DNA of 64,000 nt from an uncultured Verrucomicrobiota bacterium (GCA_964634255.1 CAZWJC010000001.1:6116-70115), one strand, 5' to 3'. Positions 33,740 to 41,703 are shown, numbered from the stretch's first letter. The notes: generated by a model from the sequence alone, not told the origin. Program-made: numbers and translations.

Positions 33740-34813
33740 TCACTTGGGCGGTTTGAGCTGAGCGGCGGCGACCATCAAGCGAACCGCTTGGTTGCATTTG
33801 CTCTCCGGATTGCCGGGCGATTGATCGTGGTCGTTGACGCCTGAATCGTTCCAGCAGACAACGAGGTCAAGACTGGGAAGAACCCACAGCGCGCGTTGAC
33901 CGCCGTGACCGCTGGCCACAAACGTGTCGGGCGGCGCGTCCACGAACAAGCGTTGGCCGGTTTGGTTCGTGCCGTTGAGCCACCAGTTGAAGCTGTAGTA
34001 GCCCGGCCCCACCGGCGTGATGTTCTTGGTGCCCCCAACGGCCCGTTGACCCGGCAGCATTGCGGCATCCCGGCCACCGGTCACTGGAATCGCCAGCGGC
34101 AGCGGGCTGCTGATGGCCATACGAACCAGTTCGGGTTTCAGGAGTTGCCGGTCGCGCCACTTGCCGCCGCGCAGGTAAAGCAATCCAAGCCGCGCGAAAT
34201 CCCGGCAGGACAGCGCCAGCCGGCCCGGGCGGTCCTTCGCCCCAAACGCGTTGAATGTGTGCCGGTCCTCAAATTGCAGCGGGCCGGCCAGCCTCGATTG
34301 CAGAACCGCGTCGCCATCCAGCTGATAGACTCGGTTCATCAGGGTGTCGTAGTAGAGCGCCAGGGCATAGTCGTTGTAGGCGTAGGCGACGCCCGGTTTC
34401 TCTGCCAGACCGTAGCCAGACGTTTGCGAAGCCAGGTGACGCCAGGTGATCGCGGCGTCTTTGCCATCGTTCAGGGTTTTCAGTCGCGGCTCAAAATCCG
34501 CGACCGCACTGTCCACGCTTGGCAGCTTTCCTTCTTGAACGGCGATCAACATCAGCGTGCTGAGCAGTGGCTTGAACGCCGACGCCACGTCGCTGCTTTT
34601 CGCCACCTCGCCCCACGTGTAAACCAGAAACCCCTGCCGCACGACACAGCCACGGCCGCCGACGAGCCCACGCAGTTGATCCAACTTGTCCGCCGTTAAG
34701 CCCGCGGATTCAGGCGAGCGGGTTTCCCAGTGTTCGGCGGGGAACACATCCTTGGCCGCGCCAATTCCAGCAAGACTCAGGAGAGCGAGAGCGAGCAGCA
34801 CCAGCGGTTTCAT
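33740..34813 (-). CDS. beta-lactamase-related serine hydrolase (exported)
   Basis: Start ATG 34813 gives signal peptide MKPLVLLALALLSLAGIGAA. Candidate SxxK motif (SAFK). Length and composition fit class C/esterase-type serine hydrolases. Confidence 0.7.
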   Translation of the reverse strand: MKPLVLLALALLSLAGIGAAKDVFPAEHWETRSPESAGLTADKLDQLRGLVGGRGCVVRQGFLVYTWGEVAKSSDVASAFKPLLSTLMLIAVQEGKLPSVDSAVADFEPRLKTLNDGKDAAITWRHLASQTSGYGLAEKPGVAYAYNDYALALYYDTLMNRVYQLDGDAVLQSRLAGPLQFEDRHTFNAFGAKDRPGRLALSCRDFARLGLLYLRGGKWRDRQLLKPELVRMAISSPLPLAIPVTGGRDAAMLPGQRAVGGTKNITPVGPGYYSFNWWLNGTNQTGQRLFVDAPPDTFVASGHGGQRALWVLPSLDLVVCWNDSGVNDHDQSPGNPESKCNQAVRLMVAAAQLKPPK

Positions 34814-34960
34814 GTGCCCGATGCTAGCAGCGGCGGCGGCGCAATCCCAGCTCAGGCGGCGCCACACGTGAGGACAAGGCGTTCCTCAATCTGGGTGGTG
34901 CTGGCTTGGCGAAAGCAACCTTTTTGCAGGATTTGCACTTGGCAGACGTGTCCAAAGTGA

Positions 34961-35848
34961 ATGAACTCTGTCAACATCATGAAAACGAGACTTCCACAGT
35001 TGTTCACCCTGTTTGCGGGCGCAGTCCTGCTGCTCGCGGCGAACGGTCACAGCCAAGGCGTCCCAGCCCCCGCGCCGCTCCCCGCACCAGGCGCGGTGGA
35101 CCCCACCACGGGCCTGCCCATCCGGCCCTCCGCACCTGAGCTGATCGCGTTTAGCAATGCGGTCGAGAAGATGCGGGTGGAGGCGAACTTCGACGCCATT
35201 CCGTTGTCGGAAGTTGTGCAATGGCTGTGGAAGACGTTTCCGGAAGTGAATTTTGTTTTGCCTCAGAGTGTGGCGGACTTGAATCCACCAGTGAGTCTGC
35301 GGCTGCGGGCGGTTGGGTTACGCGACATCCTCGAAGCCATCAACATCGCCACCGACGGTGCGGTCGGCTACGAGGTGCGCAGTTCCACCTTGGTGGCCTT
35401 CCTTTCGCGAGCGGGGGCGGCTTTTGGTGGCGGAGGCTATGGCGCAGGCTATGGCGTAGGCTTCGCGGGCCAAGCCCTGCCTGGCGTGGCGATCGAACCC
35501 CCGCCCACGTACCAAGTGATGAACCTGCGGGAGGTGCTCCGGCTCAAAGACCCGGAAGCGATCCGCCGCACCTTGGATACGATCAAAGAGATCACCGGCC
35601 GGACGTTGGAGATCATGGCCGCGGATTCCCCGGGGTCGCGCCCCAGCCAGCCAATCAAGTCGTTCGATTACCATGAAGGCTCGGGCGTGCTGGTCATCAT
35701 CGGCCAACCTACCGCGATCAAGGTGGCGATGGATGTGATCCGCAACCTCCGGACGCAAGACTCAGGTGGGGGAGGCGGTAATACCGGTGGGGCCGAGCCG
35801 GCCGAAAAGCAGCCGGCGACAAAGGCTTCGACCGGCGACGCCAAGTAA
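34961..35848 (+). CDS. hypothetical exported protein (weak secretin/TonB N-terminal-like segment, Gly-rich tail)
   Basis: Signal-like MKTRLPQLFTLFAGAVLLLAANGHS; ATG 34979 is an alternative start. The FDAIPLSEVVQWL...VNFVL...VSLRLRAVGLRDILEAI pattern resembles STN/N0 domains. Lies directly upstream of an ECF sigma gene. Confidence 0.55.
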   Translation: MNSVNIMKTRLPQLFTLFAGAVLLLAANGHSQGVPAPAPLPAPGAVDPTTGLPIRPSAPELIAFSNAVEKMRVEANFDAIPLSEVVQWLWKTFPEVNFVLPQSVADLNPPVSLRLRAVGLRDILEAINIATDGAVGYEVRSSTLVAFLSRAGAAFGGGGYGAGYGVGFAGQALPGVAIEPPPTYQVMNLREVLRLKDPEAIRRTLDTIKEITGRTLEIMAADSPGSRPSQPIKSFDYHEGSGVLVIIGQPTAIKVAMDVIRNLRTQDSGGGGGNTGGAEPAEKQPATKASTGDAK

Positions 35849-35854
35849 CCGGGC

Positions 35855-36493
35855 GTGACCCAGACCCTCGACATCGTGAGCCCGACCTTGCCCGCGGCAG
35901 GCACGGCGGCGCCCGACGTGGCGCCAGCCGTGCCTTCGCAACGGAGCATCGCGGCGCTTACGCGAGGTCTGGCGGCGGGCGACGAGGCGGCGTTTCGCGA
36001 GTTCCACCGGCGTTACTTCGACCGCCTATTGCGGCTGGCCCTGGTGCTCACCCGCGGCGATCAGGCCGCCGCCGGGGACGTGGTTCAAGACACCTTCTGC
36101 CGGGTGGTCCGCCACGCGCGCCGGTTCGATGACGAGGAAGTCTTCTGGTGCTGGCTGGCCGCGTTGGCGCGCAGCGCGGCGCACGATGCCGGGCGCAAAC
36201 GGCGTCGCTACCTGGCGCTGCTGGAGAACTACGTGCGCCGCTGGTTGCCACTGCAAACGGAACCCGCCGTGGAGCACGAACAGCTTCTGGATGCATGGGC
36301 GGCGGAGTGTCTGGACGAACTCGACCCAGTGGACCGCGCGCTGGTCGAGGGCAAATACCTGGAGCGCCAGAGCGTCCGGGAACTGGCCGAGCGCGCGGAC
36401 CTGACGGAAAAAGCGGTCGAATCGCGCCTCAGCCGGCTGCGGCAGCACTTGCGCGCCCGGCTGCTCGACCGGTTGCGGGAGGATGAACGATGA
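35855..36493 (+). CDS. ECF-type RNA polymerase sigma factor (classical, with downstream anti-sigma candidate)
   Basis: Region 2 (AAAGDVVQDTFCRVVRHARRFD) and region 4 (SVRELAERADLTEKAVESRLSRLRQHL). GTG start; the exact start is uncertain. Confidence 0.8.
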   Translation: MTQTLDIVSPTLPAAGTAAPDVAPAVPSQRSIAALTRGLAAGDEAAFREFHRRYFDRLLRLALVLTRGDQAAAGDVVQDTFCRVVRHARRFDDEEVFWCWLAALARSAAHDAGRKRRRYLALLENYVRRWLPLQTEPAVEHEQLLDAWAAECLDELDPVDRALVEGKYLERQSVRELAERADLTEKAVESRLSRLRQHLRARLLDRLREDER

Positions 36494-36921
36494 GTGATTT
36501 CAAACATGATCCGTTGTTGAACGAACTGCTGTCCGGCGAGGAAGCGGCGGCATACCGTGCGGCTTCTTTGGAACAGATGCTCGCGCAGGCGCGCGACCGT
36601 CGTCGCCAACGCCAGACACGCCGTCTCGCCGTGCTGGCGACCGTGCCCGCTCTGCTGGTGCTGGTGTTGGTCTTTACGCGCCCGCCGGCCCCTGTGACTC
36701 AAGTCGCAGGAAACGAGTCTCCCAGCACAGCCACCGCCACCGCCGACGTGGCTACCGCGGAGTCCGCTGCTGCGAAGGACGGCGCCACGGTGCGGTTCAT
36801 CTCCGACGATGAACTCCTCAACCTGTTCCCCGGACGCGCAGTGGCCTTGATCGGCCCTCCGGGCCAGCAGCAATTCGTCTTCCTGGATCAGAAGCGTCGG
36901 ACTCCGACCGCCAACCGGTGA
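36490..36921 (+). CDS. putative anti-sigma factor (single-pass membrane protein)
   Basis: ATGA overlap with the sigma gene's stop. 143 aa with one TM (LAVLATVPALLVLVLVF) after a short cytoplasmic N-terminal region. Assignment is by position only. Confidence 0.5.
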   Translation: MSDFKHDPLLNELLSGEEAAAYRAASLEQMLAQARDRRRQRQTRRLAVLATVPALLVLVLVFTRPPAPVTQVAGNESPSTATATADVATAESAAAKDGATVRFISDDELLNLFPGRAVALIGPPGQQQFVFLDQKRRTPTANR

Positions 36922-36927
36922 CGGTGC

Positions 36928-37332
36928 GTGCTGGACGTTCCCGGCCAGTGGACGTCACCCCGGCATCCCGTTCCGGGTGCGCAGTTGCTCCGCCGCCTTC
37001 CGAATACCCGCCGCAATGTCCGGCATCTGAAAATCCTCGAGGAGCGGCCGGGTAACGCGCTGGGGAACGTCGCGGCGGCGAAGGCGTTGCTGCGCTGGAG
37101 CGCTACGGAACGCGAGGCGTGGCTGGACGCGGTGATCAACGATCCGCTGCTGCCGGGCCGGATTCTGCCGTCGGATTATCTGGGGCAACGAGAGCGGTGG
37201 CCGTCTGCCAAGGCCGACGGCGGGTGGAAGTGCTCCGGGCCGCCAACCGGCAACTCCGCACTTTCAACGCTGCAAAAACCGGCGCAGGCCGCGCGTGACG
37301 CAGGACAACCTTTTGTTGCATATGTAACATGA
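36928..37332 (+). CDS. hypothetical ORF, possibly a gene remnant at the edge of an insertion
   Basis: Very GC-rich third positions over about 37050-37300, but an AT-rich last nine codons. No family recognised. A competing GC3-rich frame exists on the minus strand (36955-37188). Confidence 0.3.
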   Translation: MLDVPGQWTSPRHPVPGAQLLRRLPNTRRNVRHLKILEERPGNALGNVAAAKALLRWSATEREAWLDAVINDPLLPGRILPSDYLGQRERWPSAKADGGWKCSGPPTGNSALSTLQKPAQAARDAGQPFVAYVT

Positions 37333-37358
37333 AGTTGGGTGAGACTGCGGCAGTATAC

Positions 37359-38960
37359 TCAGACTCCGCCGCTGAGATTGTCGAGGCGAGTAGCCAGCCA
37401 ACGAATGCCACCTGCATTCAGCCGGTGCGGGTAGACGCACAAGAAGCACAGGAGAAAAATCGGGAATTCCTTAATCAACCTCGGCAAGTCGTTACCACGC
37501 GATTCGAACGCCGCTTTCTTAAGGGTGTCCCAGTTCTGCCTTCGGATGACCTGTCTTTCCCAATCCGTTCCTTGCGAAGACCGCCAAAGGTAAAACTGCC
37601 ATCTGTGAGCAGGAACAAACGATGAGAAGGCAATCTTTGTAATGCTCGGCCAGAGGAGCTTGAGTTGCTGCTTCAGATTTGTCCGCGCTGCCAAGTGGAG
37701 CAGGGCCTCCAGTGTGTGGGAATGGCCGGCAAACGTGTCGTCGAGCGGTTCATCGCTTAGGCCAGTAAGATGAGGCAGGATTTCGTCCACAGAGTAGTAT
37801 GGGTTCGCTAGGAAGGATTTCCCTCGCGGCTTGTTCAAAGTTGTGATTGCTGAGACTAACTGTAGTAACATGCCATCGCTACGAATGCTGCCGTCAATCC
37901 GCGACTGGTAGAAGTGCCAAGCCAAAAACTGAGGGGCTGCGTATTCACCCCAAAGAACCATTTTGCCCGAGTTTCGCAGACAAAACTCTCTGATGAATGT
38001 ATCCGATGCCTCAGACAGACCTTGCGCATCTCGCCAGAGTGCGAGCAGGCTCATCAAGCTGACGAGGTATGTAATTCTCGGCCGTTGCACAAGATGGTCG
38101 GTCAGCGGATCGCCTTCGACTAAATGCTTTCGCTCGCGAAGCTCTTCACACAATCGTCCTAACGCATTCAGCATCGACATCAACGCAATGTCGAATTCGC
38201 CCTTCCAGACCTTTGGAGGCAAATTCCATCGCTCCGCTGCCGCAAGGATGCAGGCCGCGCATATCGTCCATGCTTCAAATTCGGCAGCGTGGTTGTCGGC
38301 ATTCGAGAAGGACGAAGTGGCAAGCGCATTGAGAATCGCCGCGTTGGCAATCGCGCGCCCAGCCTCCTGCACTGTGGGCTTTTGTTTCCCGTGCAAGCTC
38401 AAGGCGCTTTCGAGAAGTGGAGCGAGTTTGTCCTTCGGCAAGGTCTCGCGCCCCGTCATCAGGAACATCTCAATGAGGGTTTTGGTTTGCGGAATGTCGG
38501 GCGGCCAGAAATTCGTCTGGAGCTTCTTAAACATCCGGAAGAGCTCTCCCATCAGGATGGTCCGGATGCGGTGTCTCGGGTGAGCGCGATTGAAATCGTC
38601 AATGGCTCGGATGACCTCTTCCTCAAGTTCCCCGTTTACAACCAAGTATGAGCGGTGTGCTTTTGTGCTTGAGACGGAGGGGTGAACCACTTTTCCAAGT
38701 GCGAGGTCAACAATCTGCTTGCTGATTTCATCTCGCCACTTTTTCAGTCCGATTTTTCCACCATGCGCGCCCTTCAACTGATAGGCACAGGGAATCCCGT
38801 CCGGCGCAATGGTGATTACATCCTTGCCCATCTCCATGCCACAATGGCGAGAGAGATGGAGGACCGTGTGGCCTTCCAATGACAAGGCGTGGCAGAAGGG
38901 TAATTGAAACGTGCGCTCGTTTGCCTTAGCCAACCAGTTTTCGACGACTCTCTCGATCAC
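37359..38960 (-). CDS. unknown-function protein, 533 aa, N-terminal Mrr/PD-(D/E)xK-like motif (second gene of the low-GC pair)
   Basis: GTG start at 38960 preceded by AAAGGAG with an 8-nt spacer. Long ORF in visibly lower-GC DNA. N-terminus E15...GKD47VITIAPDGIPCAYQ61LK63 resembles restriction-endonuclease-like cores. The remainder is helical with no NTPase motif. Confidence 0.7.
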   Translation of the reverse strand: MIERVVENWLAKANERTFQLPFCHALSLEGHTVLHLSRHCGMEMGKDVITIAPDGIPCAYQLKGAHGGKIGLKKWRDEISKQIVDLALGKVVHPSVSSTKAHRSYLVVNGELEEEVIRAIDDFNRAHPRHRIRTILMGELFRMFKKLQTNFWPPDIPQTKTLIEMFLMTGRETLPKDKLAPLLESALSLHGKQKPTVQEAGRAIANAAILNALATSSFSNADNHAAEFEAWTICAACILAAAERWNLPPKVWKGEFDIALMSMLNALGRLCEELRERKHLVEGDPLTDHLVQRPRITYLVSLMSLLALWRDAQGLSEASDTFIREFCLRNSGKMVLWGEYAAPQFLAWHFYQSRIDGSIRSDGMLLQLVSAITTLNKPRGKSFLANPYYSVDEILPHLTGLSDEPLDDTFAGHSHTLEALLHLAARTNLKQQLKLLWPSITKIAFSSFVPAHRWQFYLWRSSQGTDWERQVIRRQNWDTLKKAAFESRGNDLPRLIKEFPIFLLCFLCVYPHRLNAGGIRWLATRLDNLSGGV

Positions 38961-39516
38961 GCCAATCGCTCCTTTTCTTGCTGATCATCTCCTCCACTTT
39001 CTTGCGAAGGGTCGGGTCAGCCTCAATTTGGTCCACAACCTTCTTAAAAGTCTCAAACGCTTCCTTTCCGCAAACGATTGACGGCATGTATGGGTTGCCT
39101 TCGTCGTCAAACTCCGTCTGAATTTGCTCGAACAGTTGGATGAACACCTCTGGCGTTAGCGGTTTACCGCCAAGATTAACCGAGTTGCCGACGCTGCTGA
39201 CGACTTGATCGACCTTCTCAAACATAGCCTTGCTCTGCTGGAAGTGCATTTGGTCTGCCTGCTGCTGAACCATGCGAGCGACATCTTCAGTTTTTGCGTT
39301 TTCGAGTTCCTTGACGTTGAGCTTCATTTCGCTCTTAAACGTCATGAATTTTGAGACATCGACTGAACCATCTTCACGCGCAATGCCCATCCTGTTTCCT
39401 TCAAAGAACCGACGCTTCGGAATTTGGGAGAAGAATCCACGGTTTGGCATCTTAGAGAACGACCGCAGCAAGAGCTTGCGGAGCATTTCTTTACTTTCAG
39501 GATAATCAGGAAGCAT
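38926..39516 (-). CDS. unknown-function protein, 196 aa (first gene of the low-GC pair)
   Basis: ATG at 39516; overlaps the downstream gene by 35 nt. The protein is charged and helical, with no TM segment and no motif I recognise. No clear SD upstream, so the start is uncertain. Confidence 0.6.
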   Translation of the reverse strand: MLPDYPESKEMLRKLLLRSFSKMPNRGFFSQIPKRRFFEGNRMGIAREDGSVDVSKFMTFKSEMKLNVKELENAKTEDVARMVQQQADQMHFQQSKAMFEKVDQVVSSVGNSVNLGGKPLTPEVFIQLFEQIQTEFDDEGNPYMPSIVCGKEAFETFKKVVDQIEADPTLRKKVEEMISKKRSDWRDRESRRKLVG

Positions 39517-39531
39517 TTCGCAATGCGGATT

Positions 39532-39780
39532 CTATTGACCGCTGAAAAGCTTTTCCACCTTCGCCTTCACGCTTTCATCCATCTTGATGAGCGGCGGCCA
39601 GGGGCGTTTGAAACCTTCGCCCGGAATCTTCTTCGTCGCGTCAATGCGGAGTTTGCTGCCGCTGGCGATTTCGCTGGTGGCGTGGTCGAGCACGTCGGAC
39701 GGGCCTTTGTTGAAGATGCTGTCGCGTTGCGGATCGGTGTTGGGGCAGAGGCGAAAGAAAACTTCGCTGGTGTTGTACAT
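39532..39780 (-). pseudogene. C-terminal fragment of a UbiD-family decarboxylase (5' part missing)
   Basis: The 82 codons DPQRDSIFNKGPSDVLDHATSEIASGSKLRIDATKKIPGEGFKRPWPPLIKMD match the extreme C-terminus of UbiD-family enzymes (E. coli UbiD: DPARD...[25 protein letters not shown]...W..PI..D). The roughly 400 upstream codons are absent and replaced by a repeat and a TA cassette. Confidence 0.6.
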
Positions 39781-39847
39781 GTTCTCTTCCTGGCTGCCAT
39801 GCGTCGAATCCTCTCTCCGCCGCCGCCCCAAATCCAGCCCGGAATTG
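39781..39847. repeat. 67-bp direct repeat, copy 1
   Basis: gttctcttcctggctgccatgcgtcgaatcctctctccgccgccgccccaaatccagcccggaattg matches 40798-40864 at 64 of 67 positions, in the same orientation. Confidence 0.9.
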
Positions 39848-39863
39848 TTCGGCCCCCGAGTCG

Positions 39864-40160
39864 TTAACTCAGTCTCCGCGCCCAGTAGCCCGGTCTGCGG
39901 CTCAAGTGCGCCACCGCCACAATCCAGATGCGGTCAGGCTGGATTTCATAGACAACCCTGAAGGGAAACCGTTTGGTCGGGAAGCTCCGTGTGCCGTGGG
40001 AACCTAACTGACCCAATTCGGGCTGTGCCCGGACGAACTCCACGACCGCCTCGACTTCCGTCAGGAACTCGTCTCCCAACCCGGCCCTACGCCCGTCGTA
40101 AAACAGGGCCGAGTCAACGAGTTCTCGGGCGGCGAGCCGATGATAGACCACGCGCATCAT
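39864..40160 (-). CDS. type II toxin, RelE/ParE family
   Basis: 98 aa; A..EL..A..FY...AGLGDEF...V......P..G......R.F...RFPF.VVYEI..D.I.IVAVAH..R.PGYW matches the ParE/RelE plasmid-stabilisation fold family. Confidence 0.85.
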   Translation of the reverse strand: MMRVVYHRLAARELVDSALFYDGRRAGLGDEFLTEVEAVVEFVRAQPELGQLGSHGTRSFPTKRFPFRVVYEIQPDRIWIVAVAHLSRRPGYWARRLS

Positions 40161-40386
40161 GGAGCGTTCGACGAGCCTCGGTCATTGCTTCCTCCGCCGG
40201 TATTCCTTCGACACGCCCAGCGCGAATGTCCTTCACCCGCGCCCCGATTTCATCATCCCAAGCCGCTTTAATATCCGGCGTGGCAAAGCCTTCGACGCTG
40301 GCGACCAATTCCTCGGCAAGTTCAATCCGACGTCGGGCCGGCCATTTCATCACCTGCTTCGCGAGCGTTTCCTGAGCGGTCGTCAT
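40114..40386 (-). CDS. putative addiction-module antitoxin (TIGR02574-like)
   Basis: Start ATG 40386. W(P)ARRRIELAEELVASV....PDIKAAWDDEIGARVKDIRAGRVEGIPAEE is the pattern of the addiction-module-component family found upstream of ParE/RelE toxins. It overlaps the toxin start by 47 nt. Confidence 0.75.
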   Translation of the reverse strand: MTTAQETLAKQVMKWPARRRIELAEELVASVEGFATPDIKAAWDDEIGARVKDIRAGRVEGIPAEEAMTEARRTLHDARGLSSARRPRTR

Positions 40387-40447
40387 GGGTGGATTGTCGA
40401 GCAGGGTTGGAGGTTTGGCAAGGGGGCAGCGAATCCCGCGCATTCGT

Positions 40448-40702
40448 TCACGGCTTGCCTTGCGTGCGCTTGGCGATGAGTTGACGGACCCGCCCGGCGT
40501 CTTGCTTCGTCCAAGGAGTGGCCGGCCCCGTGAAGCCCTTCTCGATCTCCTCCCGCAGCCAGGTCAGGCGTTGCTGTCGTTCATCATCCGCTTCCAGCCG
40601 GCGCAGACCGTCCCGGACGACTTCTTCGGCGGAGCCGTACGCCCCACTCTTGACCTTGCGGGAGATGAAGCGCTCATGACGCGGTGTGAGAACGATGTTC
40701 AT
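40448..40702 (-). CDS. parD: type II antitoxin, ParD family (no adjacent cognate toxin)
   Basis: 84 aa; MNIVLTP.HERFI..KVKSGAYGSAEEVVRDGLRRLE......L.WLREEIEKG is the ParD/COG3609 ribbon-helix-helix pattern. Confidence 0.85.
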   Translation of the reverse strand: MNIVLTPRHERFISRKVKSGAYGSAEEVVRDGLRRLEADDERQQRLTWLREEIEKGFTGPATPWTKQDAGRVRQLIAKRTQGKP

Positions 40703-40797
40703 ACGGCAAAGGTGTTGCCACCCAGCCGATGGGTTGTCAATCCGGTTCAGCGATTTCCTCCGGGGTCATCCCGCGGTCCTCGCTACCTGTTTCGGGT

Positions 40798-40864
40798 GTT
40801 CTCTTCCTGGCGGCCATGCGTCGCATCCTCTTTCCGCCGCCGCCCCAAATCCAGCCCGGAATTG
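40798..40864. repeat. 67-bp direct repeat, copy 2
   Basis: 64/67 identity to 39781-39847. Lies upstream of parD and is immediately followed by a REP-like unit. Confidence 0.9.
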
Positions 40865-40880
40865 GCCGCGCCGCTTAGCC

Positions 40881-41000
40881 TCACGCGAAGCGTCTTGGAC
40901 TGCGGCCGCCCTCTGCCGCTTTCACCTCGCAACGCACACCGCAGAACCGACCGCCACGCCAAAGCGCCGGAGGGCCGGCGCACTCCAAAACGCTGGTGCG
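40881..41000. repeat. REP-like unit, left flank of the RAYT gene
   Basis: The conserved ends tcacgcgaagcgtcttggactgcggc... and ...aaagcgccggagggccggcgcactccaaaacgctggtgcg are shared with 41706-41838. Contains the hairpin gcgccgg-aggg-ccggcgc. Confidence 0.7.
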
Positions 41001-41124
41001 TTGAACTGAGTACTGACTGGCATATCAGTGCCCAGTGGCCAATACGGCGTGGAACCATTCTCTCCATCAGGTGAGTCTCAACTTCTGGCTTCCCACGCAG
41101 GCCTGCGCGCGGCATTGTCGCGTT

Positions 41125-41703
41125 ATGCCAGCGCCCAAGACACCTTGGCCTCACGCACCAACACACCGACTCTCCGATCGCGGCACTTACTTCGTCACCG
41201 CCTCCACTTATCGAAAGGCGCACCATTTTCGCGGCGCAGCACGACTGCGCGTTCTGCACCGTGGCTTACTGACCGTGGCGCGACAGTTCGCCTGGCAACT
41301 GGAGGCTTGGGCTGTTTTCTCCAATCACTACCACTTTGTCGGCCATTCGCCTGCGGATGCGCCTGATGCTTCCAGTTTGAGTGCCATGCTCAGCGTGTTG
41401 CACGTGAAGACTGCCGAGTGGGTCAACAAGCTGGACACCACTCCGGGCCGGCAGGTCTGGTTCAACTACCGTGAGACCAAACTCACCCATCAGCGCTCGT
41501 ATCTGGCGCGGTTGAACTACGTGCATCAGAACGCTGTGAAACATGGCTTGGTGCCAGTGGCATGCCAATACCCGTGGTGCTCGGCGGCGTGGTTTGAACG
41601 CGTTGCTTCGCCCGCCATGGTGAACTCCATCTACCGGTTCAAGATAGATCACGTGTCGATCGAGGATGACTTCGCGCCGGATTCTGACTGGCAACCGAGG
41701 TGA
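41125..41703 (+). CDS. REP-associated tyrosine transposase (RAYT; IS200/IS605 TnpA-like Y1 HuH enzyme)
   Basis: In-frame ATG 41125. HuH motif in VFSNHYHFVG and catalytic Tyr region LNYVHQNAVKHGLV. Flanked on both sides by related hairpin repeats. Confidence 0.85.
   Translation: MPAPKTPWPHAPTHRLSDRGTYFVTASTYRKAHHFRGAARLRVLHRGLLTVARQFAWQLEAWAVFSNHYHFVGHSPADAPDASSLSAMLSVLHVKTAEWVNKLDTTPGRQVWFNYRETKLTHQRSYLARLNYVHQNAVKHGLVPVACQYPWCSAAWFERVASPAMVNSIYRFKIDHVSIEDDFAPDSDWQPR

Noticed and set aside
36955-37188. 77-aa minus-strand ORF downstream of the 533-aa gene
   Set aside because: It is GC3-rich but has no recognisable family. It also competes with an equally plausible plus-strand frame (36928-37332). 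I kept it only as context for the insertion-boundary finding.
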